Part shown: one piece after another, positions 21,315-34,685 of the stretch
Layout: each line of letters opens with the position of its first letter
Numbering within the stretch: position 1 is the first letter of the stretch
Source of the DNA: Macrostomum lignano
Lineage: Eukaryota
Length of the DNA stretch: 40,196 bases
Assembly (NCBI GenBank): GCA_002269645.1
Contig: NIVC01003800.1
Coordinates: forward strand, 1 to 40,196
Direction: 5' to 3'
Program-made: the position numbers and the translations under genes
Notes under the pieces: generated by a model
Told to the model about the DNA's origin: nothing
The model's input: only the letters and a program-made list of their open reading frames with translations
Database searches by the model: none

Positions 21315-23601
21315 ATGCGAGTTTGGCTGTTCTGGCGGCGTTACCCGCTGTTTCGTCTTCTGCTTCTGGTCACCTCGCTTCTGTGGCTGACCCTGGTAGC
21401 TGCGCTGCTCAGTATCCACGCGGATCACGGCCTCAACGATGACACCGACTCCAGCGACCGAGTGCTGGCTGAAAAATCCCGCCTGAGCGCCGAGTTTAGG
21501 CGCAGCGACCGGGGGAAGCGGCTGCAGCGACTGCGCGAGCGTCAGGACCGGCTGCGCAGCATCCTCATGATGGAAGAAGCGACCAGCTCGACGGCAACGT
21601 CCGCCATGAAGACAAGCTTGACGGCGCCATCAACCGGTGCGCCGACATCAGCGGCCGGCGGTCCCGGCGACCTTGGCGCCCCGGTGTGGGTCGACCCGAG
21701 CCTGCTGAACGCCGACGAGCGCGACCGATTCGAGGCTGGCTGGCGCGACAGCGGCTTCAACGAGTTTGCCAGCGATCGAATTGGACCGCGACGTCGCCTG
21801 CAAGACTTTCGGCCGCTGGCCTGCCGCAAGAATAACTGGACAGCGGCCGGCCTGCCCAACACCAGCGTCATCGTCTGCGCGCACAACGAGGCCTGGTCGG
21901 CGCTGCTCAGGACGCTGCACTCCGTGCTGGACAGGTCGCCTCCGAACCTGCTGCACGAGGTCATCCTGGTGGACGACGCGTCAACTCGACCGCAGCTCGG
22001 CCGGCCTCTGGAGGATTACCTGGCTGAGCTGGGCCGGTCCGGTACGAGCGCTCGGCTTAGATTAATACGGAATTCCCGCCGCGAAGGGCTGGTCAGGTGA
22101 GAGGTGACAAGATGTACAGGTTCTCATTTACCAGTACACAGGCAGGCACTATAAGGTCAACTCTGGGTCTTAGATAGCAATCTGACACCGCTTTGTCATG
22201 ACGAGCATTTTCAATTTCAACTACCGCACAATAGGAATCCCAAACTCTGAATCTTTCAGGTCCCGCTTGGTTGGCGCCGCGGCCGCAACTGGCCAGACGC
22301 TCACTTTCCTGGACTCGCACGTCGAATGCGCCGAAGGCTGGCTGGAGCCCCTGCTGGACCGAGTGGCCCGCAGCCGACGAACGGTGGCCGTGCCCTACAT
22401 CGACGTGGTCAGCAGCGAGTCTCTGGCCTTCCTGCACGTGGCCCCGGAGCGAATGACGGTAGGCGGTTTCGACTGGCCGGGTCTGGCGTTCGCCTGGCGC
22501 CCGGTGCCAGACCGGGTACGGCGGAACCTCACAGGCCGCGCCGATCCAGTGCCGAGCGCCACTATGCCAGGCGGCCTCTTCACCATAGACCGGGCCTTCT
22601 TTGCTGAGCTCGGCGGCTATGACCCAGGGATGGAGATCTGGGGCAGCGAGAATCTCGAGCTCAGCTTCCGCGTGTGGATGTGCGGCGATCAAGGCCGAAT
22701 CGAGATTGTGCCCTGCTCGATCGTCGGCCACCTGTTTCGCTCCGTCAGCCCCTACACCTGGGGCAAAAGCGGCGCCGCCGAGGTGTTAAAGCGGAATGCC
22801 ATCCGACTGGCGGAAGTGTGGCTGGACGGCTTCAAGCATATCCTGTATCGCCAGTTCAACTATCGGCTGGGTGACTTCGGCGACGTCTCGCAGAGGCGGC
22901 AGCTCCGACGAAGGCTTGGCTGCCGCTCGTTCCGCTGGTACCTGGACACCGTCTGCCCGGAGCAGCTGGCGGCGCGGTGGTGGCGTCTGGAGGCCGATAA
23001 CGCCACCGCCGTTCGCATGGGGCCACTGCGCGTAGCTACGACACTCTCGGGCCGCATCTGGTGCCTCGACGCCGTGTTCTCCACCCTCGACGCGGAAGAG
23101 AAGGCGGCGACGCCTATGATTCGGGAATGCCACGGCGAAGGCGGCGGCCAGACTTGGGTGATCGCGGAAGCGGCAGCAGCCTCCGCCACCTCCGCTGATA
23201 GAGGCGGCAGGCCACTGGTTCTGGCGCGATCCGATGGTAGTTGTCTGCACTACAACAACCAACAGCTGTCGCTGGCGCCGTGTCAGGACACTGACAACGG
23301 TGAGGGTAGTCTGGCGAGGCTGCAAAGTTGGTGCTACGAGCCTCTGAAGCGCCGCCTAATCCATTCAGCCAGCGGGCGCTGCCTCGCCGTGCTTCACTCG
23401 GCCGCAGTGCCCGTGCCGCGGCTTGGCGTCATTGCCTGCCGCGACGGCGAGGGCGAGCAGGGCCAACGAAAGAGCGATGACGACTTCGGCTTAGCCTGGG
23501 AGCTGCCGGAGCCGCTCGACTTGTCCGATGACCGGCCCGTGGCGTCAGGCGCTTCAGTACCGCCTTTGTCAATCAGCGGCGACAAAGCAGCAGCGCATTA
23601 G
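21315..23601 (+). CDS. GALNT: Polypeptide N-acetylgalactosaminyltransferase (GT27) with ricin-B lectin domain, 2 exons, about 707 aa
   Basis: Exons 21315-22096 and 22260-23601 (163-nt phase-2 intron; junction REGLVR|SRLVGA). N-terminal TM helix, SVIVCAHNEAWSALLRTLHSV, ILVDDAS, DSH metal motif, YDPGMEIWGSENLELSFRVWMCG, VGHLFR, and lectin repeats (CLDA, CHGEGGGQTW). The specific paralog cannot be assigned. Confidence 0.96.
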
Positions 23602-24710
23602 CAAGCAGCTCGTGATTTTAGCCAAACGAAATACATTACGGATCAGGAGCGCAAGGCAGAAAATCTGTGACTTGTAAAGGGGAGAGTGGCCGTCCAGTTT
23701 TAGACTACTACTTGTCAGTAGCAAGTACTCGTTTTTGTAAAGGTTTTTACGCAAAAAATGGAAAAAATGGTTCAGTTTTTCTTGCATGCATTCCTTACGC
23801 TTGACCGTTTCTTCAGTGCGTTTTTTAAATGTCGTCATTCACTTTTGCCTTGGTTGTTAACATAGGCAAAAAATCTAAGAGTCACCATGACAACCGAGCT
23901 GAGTTGGTCTTCAGTGTCAACTCGGGAAATCGGCAACTCGGCAAGCGCTGTGGAAAAGTACATCCGAAAAAACACGCACACGCGCTGTCTACAATGATTG
24001 GCTCTATCGGTGATAAAAGTATGACTACGACAGAGAGGCGGCCATGCAGCTGCGTGGACGCTAGTTTTAGATTTAGTACAGGCCACTCCGATTTTGGAGA
24101 GCAGTGCTTTTGTTATCAGTTTAAGAGTGGGCTGTTTAAGATTAATACAGTACGCTAAAAAAAGCGCGCCGAAAATGTAGTGCTGAAATTGAATGCAGCA
24201 TGCCGAAATTGAATGGGAAATCTGCATTCAGGAACAAGCTTTGTCCATAGACAGAAGTAACGCCCTCACTATGGTATGAAATAGAATATCCAATTGACGA
24301 AATTGAATGCCACTTGCCGAAATTGAATGACGGTTGAAGTAGCTAAATATACTAGCGTAGAGTGATAAAATTGAATGTCAGCTTGCCGAAACTGAATGCG
24401 AGTGTTGTTGAAATTGAACAGAAAAAGAAGTATTCCCCCTTTATGCAAGTGTTATAGCAAAAAATGCTTTCGTGCCACGTTTATTGACCTCGTCATCGGC
24501 ACGATAGGATATTGGATATGCTTGCAACTATTCGATTTACTTTACATCTAAAAACCAAAATGCCCCTCAAAATGATACAATGAATGCAAACGAATCGCTA
24601 AGCTTCAGCATATTGTTTTTATCCCAGACCTATTGTTATAGTTTATCTTCCTTGTTCATTCCAAAGCTACTTAATCGGTAACTCGTAGTATCGCTCTCTG
24701 CCTTCTTGCC

Positions 24711-25872
24711 TCAATTCTTCAGCAACAGAGTGCTGTAAATAGCGTTGATCACACCGTTTGGCTCATTAACTGGCACAGTGTACACCGGTCCGCCGTCAGA
24801 AAATACCAGCGTCTCCAAGACGCCACCACGAGAGGTAGCAGAGTCCGGGACGCGATACACAAACGGGTAGGTCAGAGCGAGTTCCTTGCAGTCGATTGAC
24901 ACCGATGTAACGTTTGGATAGCGCTCAAACTTGTGGGAATAGTGCAGGCTGATGCATGCGTTTGAAGGCTCGTACGAGTAGGATAGAAAGTTGAGCGCAT
25001 CTCTGGGTGAGTCGACCCAGCGGCCCATGAACGGCCTCTTATGCAGCGGGAAGGTCACCTTTTCTGGGTAGCGGCACTTCTTCCCAAAAGAGTCGTGCAA
25101 GTCATTAACCCAGCCACCCTCCAGCTCGTGGAATGACAGGTCAATGAAGGGCCAGCAGCCGTGTCTGGCCACGTTAAGACAATGTGACTTGCTGGACACT
25201 TTCCACCGACCAGCTTGCCTTAGGCGAAGGTCCGGGTGCCTGTTGATGTTGATGTTTTGTCTTTTTTGACTACCATTTTTAGGAACGTCTACTAAGGGTG
25301 CGAGGACTTGACTAACCAACCGTCTATGACAGGAACGCCTATAGTTGCACGCAATGTCGATAGACTCACCCCTTCAGAGCTTCAATAAGTCTGCGCTTGT
25401 CGGCCTCCCTCATCAGCATGTCCAGATCGTCATCCCATGGAATGACGCCATGATGCCGGTACGAGCCTAACAGTGTACCTCCGTACAGCATCACCTGGAT
25501 GTTGTGCTGTTTGCACAGGTCCAAAAACGCCCACAGCAGCTTGACAGTTGCTCGCAGTTCAGTCGCATTGATCTGCGGATCGAACAGATCACCTCGAGGC
25601 GGCGACCTTGCGCTCAGCATTCGAATGTAGAACTCAGAGGAAGGCAGCTGGGGCAGCTCAGCGGGCTGAGTGGTGCTCTCCGTGCTTTTCCCGCTGAAGC
25701 CTTGGTGCGTTATGGGACGTTTATTATCGCTAGCCGATTCCCATGGCAAACTTTTCTTTACCTGTGCGTTCAAGTAATCAAAATACAGCTTCGCAGTTAT
25801 TGTACTGAACGCTACTAACAGGAAATACCCTAAAATCCGCTGAGCAGTGCATCCAATCAGCAACCGAGGCAT
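24711..25872 (-). CDS. LicD/fukutin-family nucleotidyltransferase-fold type II membrane protein, 2 exons, about 343 aa
   Basis: Exons 25872-25370 and 25239-24711 (130-nt phase-2 intron GTGAGT...CAACAG; acceptor chosen by frame). Signature [22 protein letters not shown], later WPFIDL and FPLHKRPF, plus an N-terminal TM segment. Confidence 0.9.
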
Positions 25873-27048
25873 TTTAATGATGAAATCCACTTAGTAGAAA
25901 ACCGTTTGCGTGGCTCCGGTATGCAGTGTTCAGTGTAGCTCTTAGATCGCATGCATGAACTTCTGACTTTTCTTTTAGCCACTCGCTTGCTTGGAAGCTT
26001 CCGTTTATGTCGCTTCAGTGTGTGACGCACTATTCCAGTGTGTGATGGAACTGAGCGCAAATAAATGGCAACTGATGGATACATCAAATATTTCCCATTT
26101 ATACAAGTGTCTATGGCAAAAAAATATTGCCTTAGCACTGGTATAAATGGGGAATATATACCATTTACTTTGGCACATTTATTTTTAGAAAGTATGCTTT
26201 AGAAAGTAGAGCAGTACTCGTACGTATTTCTATGAAGTATGTACTGCTCTCTGAATTCCACACAGATAATTTGGAAGGAAAATTCGGTGTGTGTTGCTCA
26301 GTGCAGCGTTACTAGTAAAATATCAAGTTGATGAAATTGGAACACTTTGGGACATTGGGACACATCGCATGAGAATGCCGCTGTGTACTACATTTCAGGT
26401 GAGCTTAGTCGTAAACTTTTTTGCATGACTCGGCCGTTTCCTGTCCCGAGTCCCTGGGTGATGCAGTAAGCAAGTCCTAAAGAGCTTGCTGTTCAAATTC
26501 AATAACCCAATGTCCGATAAATATAATGGAGGTTAAACATGTGCCCAGCTCTTCCATACACACTCCGAGTGGTTTCGCACTACTATTGATCTGTCAGTGT
26601 GCAACAGTATTCGCATCCCATTATCCAATATGATTCGTTCCTGCCTACTTGTCAGTAGGAGCCCTCTTTAATCATTCCACAGGCAAATTAAAATTGTATT
26701 ATCTATACGAGCTCGGAGTTGAATAACAAGATTCTTGAGCTAAAATGTTATTTTACACACAATGAATGATGCGATCACGAAATTGCTTCTTTTACCAAGC
26801 CAAATCAAGAGGCTTGTAGCAGCAGTCAAAGACTGATTCTAGTCAGTAGAACGCAATGTAAACATTTGTGCCACTGTGCAATGCAGTGCCAGCTGTTAGC
26901 CAAAGGGCACCTAGCCGCAGGCTGCAATAAGCAAATTCAGTCATTTCTGCTGTCAAAGTTTCGCTGGCTATTTCCTCTGATGCCGATTGCGTGCCCATTT
27001 AATACACGATGAACCTGGACTTTGGCGCTGAGTTAGTCAGTCAAAGTT

Positions 27049-28641
27049 TTAAGCTTCAGCCTCTGCTACGTCGGCTTCCGCCTCTGCCTCTCCTATATCG
27101 CCGTCAGCCGCCTTCGACCACCGCCTGTGCAGCCGGTCGGAAACGCAGCAGCAGGCGATGTCGATCAGGGCGCCGACCGCCGCCGAGCACCGGGCCGCGA
27201 ACCTCTCGGTCGGCGCCAGCAGGTGCAGCTCGTCGGCTCGAATTGCCCCGGCCAGCAGGACGAGACGAAGGTCGGCCAGGCCGGCCGGCGCAGGAGACGA
27301 AGAGCCGGCCGAGACCAGTGCGCAGGCCGTGGCCACTGCAGCGATCGCCAGGAGCCGGTGCACGTCAGCGCCGAGCTTGGCCGCCAGGCTGCGCTGGCCC
27401 AGGAAGATGGCGCAGCCGGCCAGCCTGGAGGCGCCGGCGCCGGCGCTCAGCGAAGCGGCCAACGGCAGCAGAAAATCCGCGCCGCCGATGGCTGACGAGG
27501 CGCCGAGGGCGCGACAACAGCGCCGACTGGCGCCGATCGCTGCAGCGCCGGACCCCGTGGCGAAGGCGACTCCGGCAGCGGGCAGCGCCTCGGCCAGGCA
27601 GCGGACGGGGCTGGGCCGCCCGCCGGAAGCGGCAAGCAGCGGCGGCAGAGGCAGTGCGAGTCCCAGCAGCAGCAGCCAGGCCGCCAGCAGGCCGAGGCAC
27701 AGCGCCAGGCCGGGCACGCTGGCTCCAACGTCGGCCAGCGGCGGCGGCGGCGGCGCCTCCAGCGCGGCCTGGGCGGCCAGGCTGGCAAAGCCAAACGGCG
27801 CCAGGTGGCGCAGGCAGTGGTGGGCGCGCGCGACGGCACTCCGCAGAGCTCTTACCGTTTCGAATAGGTCGCCGTGGACGTCGCGATGCTTCAGCAGGGC
27901 TACGGCTGTCCTTGTGACGGCCAGCAGGCCCAGCAAGTTCGGACCGGGCGGGGCGAACACGGCAAAGTCAGCCGGATCGGCGCTGCTGGTTGCATTGCTG
28001 GCATTGGCCCAGCGGAGCTGCCAAGCGTGCAGCCTCAGGGGCCGCTTGCTCATGGCAGCCGCAGCCAAGCTGTCGGGGAACAGCAGACCGCCCAGGACGT
28101 CCAGAATAGCGGCCGCGGCGGCCAGGGTGTCACCTGAGGTGAACTCGCCGCCGCCTCCGCCGCTGCTGTCCTCGACTCTCAGCTGTCCAGGCCGAAGCCA
28201 CAGCATCAGCGACATAATGCCCCCGGTGGCCAGAATCCAGGCTGCCATCTGCATAGCAACCGTTGCTAAGACCAGCGCCGCGACGCTGCCAAGACTTAAT
28301 TCGAGCAGCGCAGCGGCAGCGGCAACCGTGGCCTGCGGCAGCACAGCGCAGCGGAGGAGGTCCGCCCAGGCCCGGCCGGGCCAGCCGAGCGCCCAGGCCA
28401 GCAGGCCGCCAGCGGCGACGTCTGCGCAGAGAATCCGCAGGCTGACGCCCAGCAGGAGGCCGGCCAGGCCGCCAGCCGTGCCAGCCAGCAGCGCCGGCAG
28501 CGGCGTCAGCCTCGGGCCGTCGTGCACGCGTCGCAGTGCGCGACTTTGCTGTCGACCTGGCCGATGACGCCCGGGGCGCCGGTTGGAAGCCTCGCCAACG
28601 GGGCTGAGGCCGATCTCCTCCGTGCTGTCCGGGCTGTGCAT
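27049..28641 (-). CDS. Intronless, highly divergent SLC1/DAACS (EAAT-like) transporter homolog, 530 aa
   Basis: Uninterrupted ORF (first ATG 28641). EAAT-type landmarks occur in order: WPGRAWADLLRCAVLP (TM2), LFPDSL, NLLGLL, LAPFGFASL, FATGSGAAA (HP1), FLLPLAASL....AIFLGQ (TM7), HP2 PAGL, and TM8 TERFAARCSAAVGALID. Confidence 0.82.
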   Translation of the reverse strand: MHSPDSTEEIGLSPVGEASNRRPGRHRPGRQQSRALRRVHDGPRLTPLPALLAGTAGGLAGLLLGVSLRILCADVAAGGLLAWALGWPGRAWADLLRCAVLPQATVAAAAALLELSLGSVAALVLATVAMQMAAWILATGGIMSLMLWLRPGQLRVEDSSGGGGGEFTSGDTLAAAAAILDVLGGLLFPDSLAAAAMSKRPLRLHAWQLRWANASNATSSADPADFAVFAPPGPNLLGLLAVTRTAVALLKHRDVHGDLFETVRALRSAVARAHHCLRHLAPFGFASLAAQAALEAPPPPPLADVGASVPGLALCLGLLAAWLLLLGLALPLPPLLAASGGRPSPVRCLAEALPAAGVAFATGSGAAAIGASRRCCRALGASSAIGGADFLLPLAASLSAGAGASRLAGCAIFLGQRSLAAKLGADVHRLLAIAAVATACALVSAGSSSPAPAGLADLRLVLLAGAIRADELHLLAPTERFAARCSAAVGALIDIACCCVSDRLHRRWSKAADGDIGEAEAEADVAEAEA

Positions 28642-28984
28642 GGCTGTCAGCCGGCTTGTCTGGGGCTCGCTGGCCTCATATAGTCGAGTGTTGCACACAG
28701 TCTGGTCAGCAGAATTTGAATTGCAGATTGCCAAAGCTGCTCTGTCAGAACAGGAGCGGCACTCACTGTGCGCTGAAGCTTACATTCGAGCTTCTGATTC
28801 GTTTCACCTGTTTGCGGCTTGAAAAGTAAATGAAGACAGGAGTTGCTGCGTTGGCTAATCATGGTTGAATAATTATCTAAAGTAACTAAATACGAGCGAA
28901 CTTAATGAAGACTGCGTTTCACAGCAGTATTGATTGGTTCTTATAGATAATGAAAAAAATAGTGACAGTATTTATGCCCGAACA

Positions 28985-29701
<717 letters not shown>

Positions 29702-30475
29702 CCATGACACACACACGCAGTACACATTAGCAATGAGAACATTAATTATCACCTTTGAAAGGATATGGACTCTGCTTAAAATAGATTTTATGAACTTTTG
29801 GATCAGCGCACTTGGTGTTCAATAGTATGTAAATATTAAATATCAGAGTTCCTCATAGATAAAATCAAATACGCAGTGGCCTCCGTTCTCTCCATGCTTC
29901 GAGCGGACATTTCCGATCATCCTCTCGCAGTCCATTCACTCTCCCCATCCCTCTGGTTCATTCTATTCGAATTTCCCTATTTCTTATCTTTCTTCTTGCA
30001 CAAGCAATTTCAAGAAACGCTCGCTCGCGTGCCAACCGAAAGCAGCTTGGAGCTCGCGTCTCTCCTATCCATTAATATTCATTAGCTTTTACTGGCCTGG
30101 CAGTAGCGTCTATAGGCCTCTGTGTAAGATTGGACTCGATAAAATCTGACACGAAAACTAGAGCGGCTAGCAGGTGGCTACCGTTGGGTGTCTGGCGGTA
30201 ACTTCACTCTGCACTCTGACAGGAGACACGAAGTCATAGAGACATGACATGTTTGTCGCAAAAGTAGGCGACCGTGACATCGTGACATTACAGGAGGAGT
30301 GCTGGATGCATTGATAGGACACAATCAGAAGACGCAGTCACAAGTACAATTTGATTAAATTTCTGCCTGCAATACATGCCTGCTTGCTTAGGATGAAGTG
30401 TCCGATATGGCTCTCAACTTTAATTTGATCGTGAGCATCAGTAACACTCCACTGCCCAAAGTCCTTCAGTGACTC

Positions 30476-31254
30476 TCCGCTACCCAATGTCCTTCAGATA
30501 GCTACCCTCCGCTACCCAATGTCCTTCGGATAGCTACCTTCCGCTACCCAATGTCCTTCAGATAGCTACCCTCCGCTACCCAATGTCCTTCAGATAGCTA
30601 CCTTCCGCTACCCAATGTCCTTCAGATAGCTACCCTCCGCTACCCAATGTCCTTCGGATAGCTACCCTCCACTACCCAATGTCCTTCGGATAGCTACCTT
30701 CCGCTACCAAATGTCCTCCAGATAGCTACCCTCCGCTACCCAATGTCCTTCGGATAGCTACCCTCCGCTACCCAATGTCCTCCAGATAGCTACCCTCCGC
30801 TACCCAATGTCCTTCGGATAGCTACCCTCCGCTACCCAATGTCCTTCGGATAGCTACCCTCCGCTACCCAGTGTCTTTCAGATAGCTACCCTCCGCTACC
30901 CAGTGTCCTTCAGATAGCTACCCTCCACTACCCAATGTCCTTCGGATAGCTACCCTCCGCTACCCAGTGTCTTTCAGATAGCTACCCTCCACTACCCAAT
31001 GTCCTTCGGATAGCTACCCTCCGCTACCCAGTGTCTTTCAGATAGCTACCCTCCACTACCCAATGTCCTTCGGATAGCTACCCTCCGCTACCCAGTGTCT
31101 TTCAGATAGCTACCCTCCACTACCCAATGTCCTTCGGATAGCTACCCTCCGCTACCCAGTGTCTTTCAGATAGCTACCCTCCGCTACCCAATGTCCTCCA
31201 GATAGCTACCCTCCGCTACCCAATGTCCTCCAGATAGCTACCCTCCGCTACCCC
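30476..31254. repeat. 32-bp minisatellite (CTCCGCTACCCAATGTCCTTCAGATAGCTACC)n, about 24 copies
   Basis: Unit visible directly. Alternating 64-bp dimers occur in the distal half. Confidence 0.97.
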
Positions 31255-33434
31255 TCAATCTCAGCAAGCAGAGCACAACCGAACTCTTTCAACAGTCGCA
31301 GCAGTCATTGCATCAGGAAACGAGAGCTTGGCAATGCTGGATAGCATGCATGGTACTCTTATTTTCTTTGCGTAATAAATCAAGCCAGCTCACTAGCTTT
31401 GGCATCTGCTCGGCCATTGTTGAGGCCTGTATTGCTGCTAATAAATATTCCCGCCCACTGAAACTGTCCAACGCCAAGACAGGGACAGAGCAAATAAATT
31501 TCCTGCAGCTAACTGGCATAGACAGGCAGGATAAGGCAAGAATGAGCAATTGCTTGCGTAGAGGAGACCTGAGGAGGCTTGCGCAGCACTTTCTCTTTTG
31601 CTATAGCCTTTTCCAATTAACTCTTTATCTCTATCATGAATTATTGACTAGATACTGGCTCATTTTCTTTCTGGTATTCTGTGCAACTGGTTAATCTTTT
31701 ATTACTGACTAATCCATAGTGGGCCATTTTCGTTGTCACTGGTCATCATCTGATGGGCGGGATTTCTAGGGCTTCTTTGTGCGATAAATTCTGCGGCTTC
31801 TTCAAGTCAAAGAGAAATGGAGATTTCTAAGAAACGATTTGCTTGGAAAGAGAGAAATTTATGGATAAAGACTGCTGAGATAAGAAGATGATTGACTTTA
31901 CCTGCGTTATCAATTGAGCAATAGCTATCTTGATAGTTAGCTACTCATAGTAGTCGATTCAAGGACCACCTGGAAGCTGGACGGGAATACACATGGACAA
32001 CCGCAGTAAAGGGCCGCTACACTCGACTGTCTTAGAAATGATCTGATCAATTCTAAACCAAAGCTTTAAACAGTTGTTTTGAAATGCAATGCTTTGCATA
32101 CCGGTACTTAGCTTAAAGAAACCATGGGCTTTTGAACATTAAAATATTATAAGGGTTGTTTGAAATTCGGAAGTCTTTTACATTATTGATTTTTACGAGC
32201 TATACTTCAAACTGCTTTCATAACAGTAAGCCCGGCAGGGACCCCTGAGGAAAGTAGATGGACGGGTATTTTGTTTCCTGGAAAATAATTTTTGAAGATT
32301 AAAACAAACCTTATAATTATTTTTTTAACTTTTACTGGTAAATCATCTAAATGAATGTGAAAATTACATTTTCCCTTTATTACTTTAGCTCAACTTATCT
32401 ATACACAGACGAATATGTACTTTACTTTAGCGTATATGCTCATTTTATTTTAAATCAGAACCTGATTTCATTGCCAAAATCCATCGAATTCTCCAATTAG
32501 CAGAACAATTTCCCCAACCAGTTTGGCATGCATGCAGTTTCTGCCCGCAGGCTGAAGTATACATTATAATGCTAGGCATTTTTCCACACGACTGACCACT
32601 AAACCGCTTAACCGCTAAAGGCTTCGTAAATAAGCAACCGTACTGACAGACATTTGCTAATGTTTATTTATGAAAGGCCACATACGCTCGTAGTAATGCT
32701 TAGCCTGCCTGGATTAATTTTTACATGGCCAGCCTAGCCTATGATGGGTGTGAATCACGCTGTTTTCAAACTTAATAATGATATTAGTAATAATAATATT
32801 ATTATTAGTTAATTACAACTAGAGAAAGAGAAGAAGAAAATGAAAATCAATCAAGCAAAGTCGATCCCCAAGGCTCAAGGGAAGCCGGCTAGCGGCTCAG
32901 TTGGCATATGCAGTTGCTTGCCATAATGCGCCAGCATACGTGCGTACGCCATTCGCCATTCGAATGCGCCAGTAGGCAGGGGGGGGGCTCCGTGAGTTAT
33001 TGGTGGTCACGGCTGGCTGACCCCCGGCCTATACTGAACCTATATAGAAAGTACTTTCTGGTGCCTGACTTGCTGCTGGCCGGGCCTTTTGCCGCTACGC
33101 GAAGTGGCCTCTGAAGTCAAGATGGGAAAAGAAAGAAACAGAGCGAGAGAGATGAGCTGGCAACAGATTCCCCGCTGTCAGCGAATGACTGATTAGCCTT
33201 CCCCTATTCTGTGCGGCGTGTTAGCTGTCCGCCCTGGCAGCGGGCGGCCGTCCGTCACTGGCCTGTCAGGTGGCTTCTGATGCGTCAGCGCCGGCTTCGA
33301 GTCAGATGGAAGATTATTTTAGAGGCGGAAGGTTAGGGGCTTTTCAATTTTACCGACAGGATTAGATTGGATTGGGGCTGGGGAGGCCCGGACTCTCATG
33401 GGCTGTCATGGGTAGCTGTTGGATTTTGGCGCAA

Positions 33435-34130
33435 GACAGGAAGGGACAGACACTAAGACAGGAAGGGACAGACACTAAGACAATAAGGGACAGACACTAA
33501 GACAGGAAGGGACAGACACTAAGAAAGGAAGGGATAGACACTAAGACAGGAAGGGACAGACACTAAGACAGGAAGGGACAGACACTAAGACAGGAAGGGA
33601 CAGACACTAAGACAGGAAGGGACAGACACTAAGACAGGAAGGGACAGACACTAAGACAGGAAGGGACAGACACTAAGACAGGAAGGAACAAACACTAAGA
33701 CAGGAAGGGACAGACACTAAGACAGGAAGGGACAGACACTAAGACAGGAAGGGACAGACACTAAGACAGGAAGGGACAGACACTAAGACAGGAAGGGACA
33801 GACACTAAGACAGGAAGGGACAGACACTAAGACAGGAAGGAACAAACACTAAGACAGGAAGGGACAGACACTAAGACAGGAAGGGACAGACACTAAGACG
33901 GGAAGGGACAGACACTAAGACAGGAAGGGACAGACACTAAGACAGGAAGGGACAGACACTAAGACAGGAAGGGACAGACACTAAGACAGGAAGGGACAGA
34001 CACTAAGACAGGAAGGGACAGACACTAAGACAGGAAGGGACAGACACTAAGACAGGAAGGGACAGACACTAAGACAGGAAGGGACAGACACTAAGACAGG
34101 AAGGGACAGACACTAAGACAGGAAGGGACA
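33435..34130. repeat. 22-bp minisatellite (GACAGGAAGGGACAGACACTAA)n, about 31 copies
   Basis: Unit visible directly; highly homogeneous. Confidence 0.98.
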
Positions 34131-34685
34131 GTTGCCAAGGCGGATAGAAATATATAAAAAATTAGCTTGTAGAAGTTGAATCAGCCTAGACAGGAAATTG
34201 AGAGAAAAGTTAACACCATAGCATTTTCTTAGTCTGGATTAAGTTTGGAAAGCAAAATCTCTGAGATTATCTCTGACAGAAGACGAGAGCTGCTAAATAC
34301 TAAAAATCTCTTTTTTGGCCTAACTTGAAGTTTTTCTGCCAAAGCAGCTGAGTGCTGACGGTAGTAGCTGCCAACGTTTTGATTCACTCATATCAAAAGT
34401 GCAAATTATAAGCAATAAATAAGGCTTACACCAACGAAATCTTGCATGATATTTTTAGTGTTAGATCAGTTAAACAATTAATGGTTTATAAACAGCTTTG
34501 GTAGATTTTCCTCAAGCTATAGACATGGAAATTATAGTACAGTTGACTAGGATAATCTTGTCTGGCAAACTGTGTTATGCAGATAAACTGGCCGGAGTGA
34601 CCTCGTCTATGTGAACAGGCAGGCCGCCTAAAGAGGCGGCGGAATGGGTCAAGAATCTGCGGCTGGGCCCCGAGATATGACTCCT

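Noticed and set aside
27009-28567. Long plus-strand ORFs (302 aa, 469 aa) opposite the SLC1 gene; similar antisense ORFs over GALNT, the GPCR and BTB
   Set aside because: These are shadow ORFs expected from very high GC3 and Ala/Gly-rich codons, and they have no domain signal.
24711-28641. Bacterial horizontal transfer of the LicD or intronless DAACS gene
   Set aside because: The LicD gene has a GT-AG intron and a type II TM anchor. The transporter has EAAT-type insertions and the same codon style as neighbouring host genes. There are no operon or Shine-Dalgarno features.
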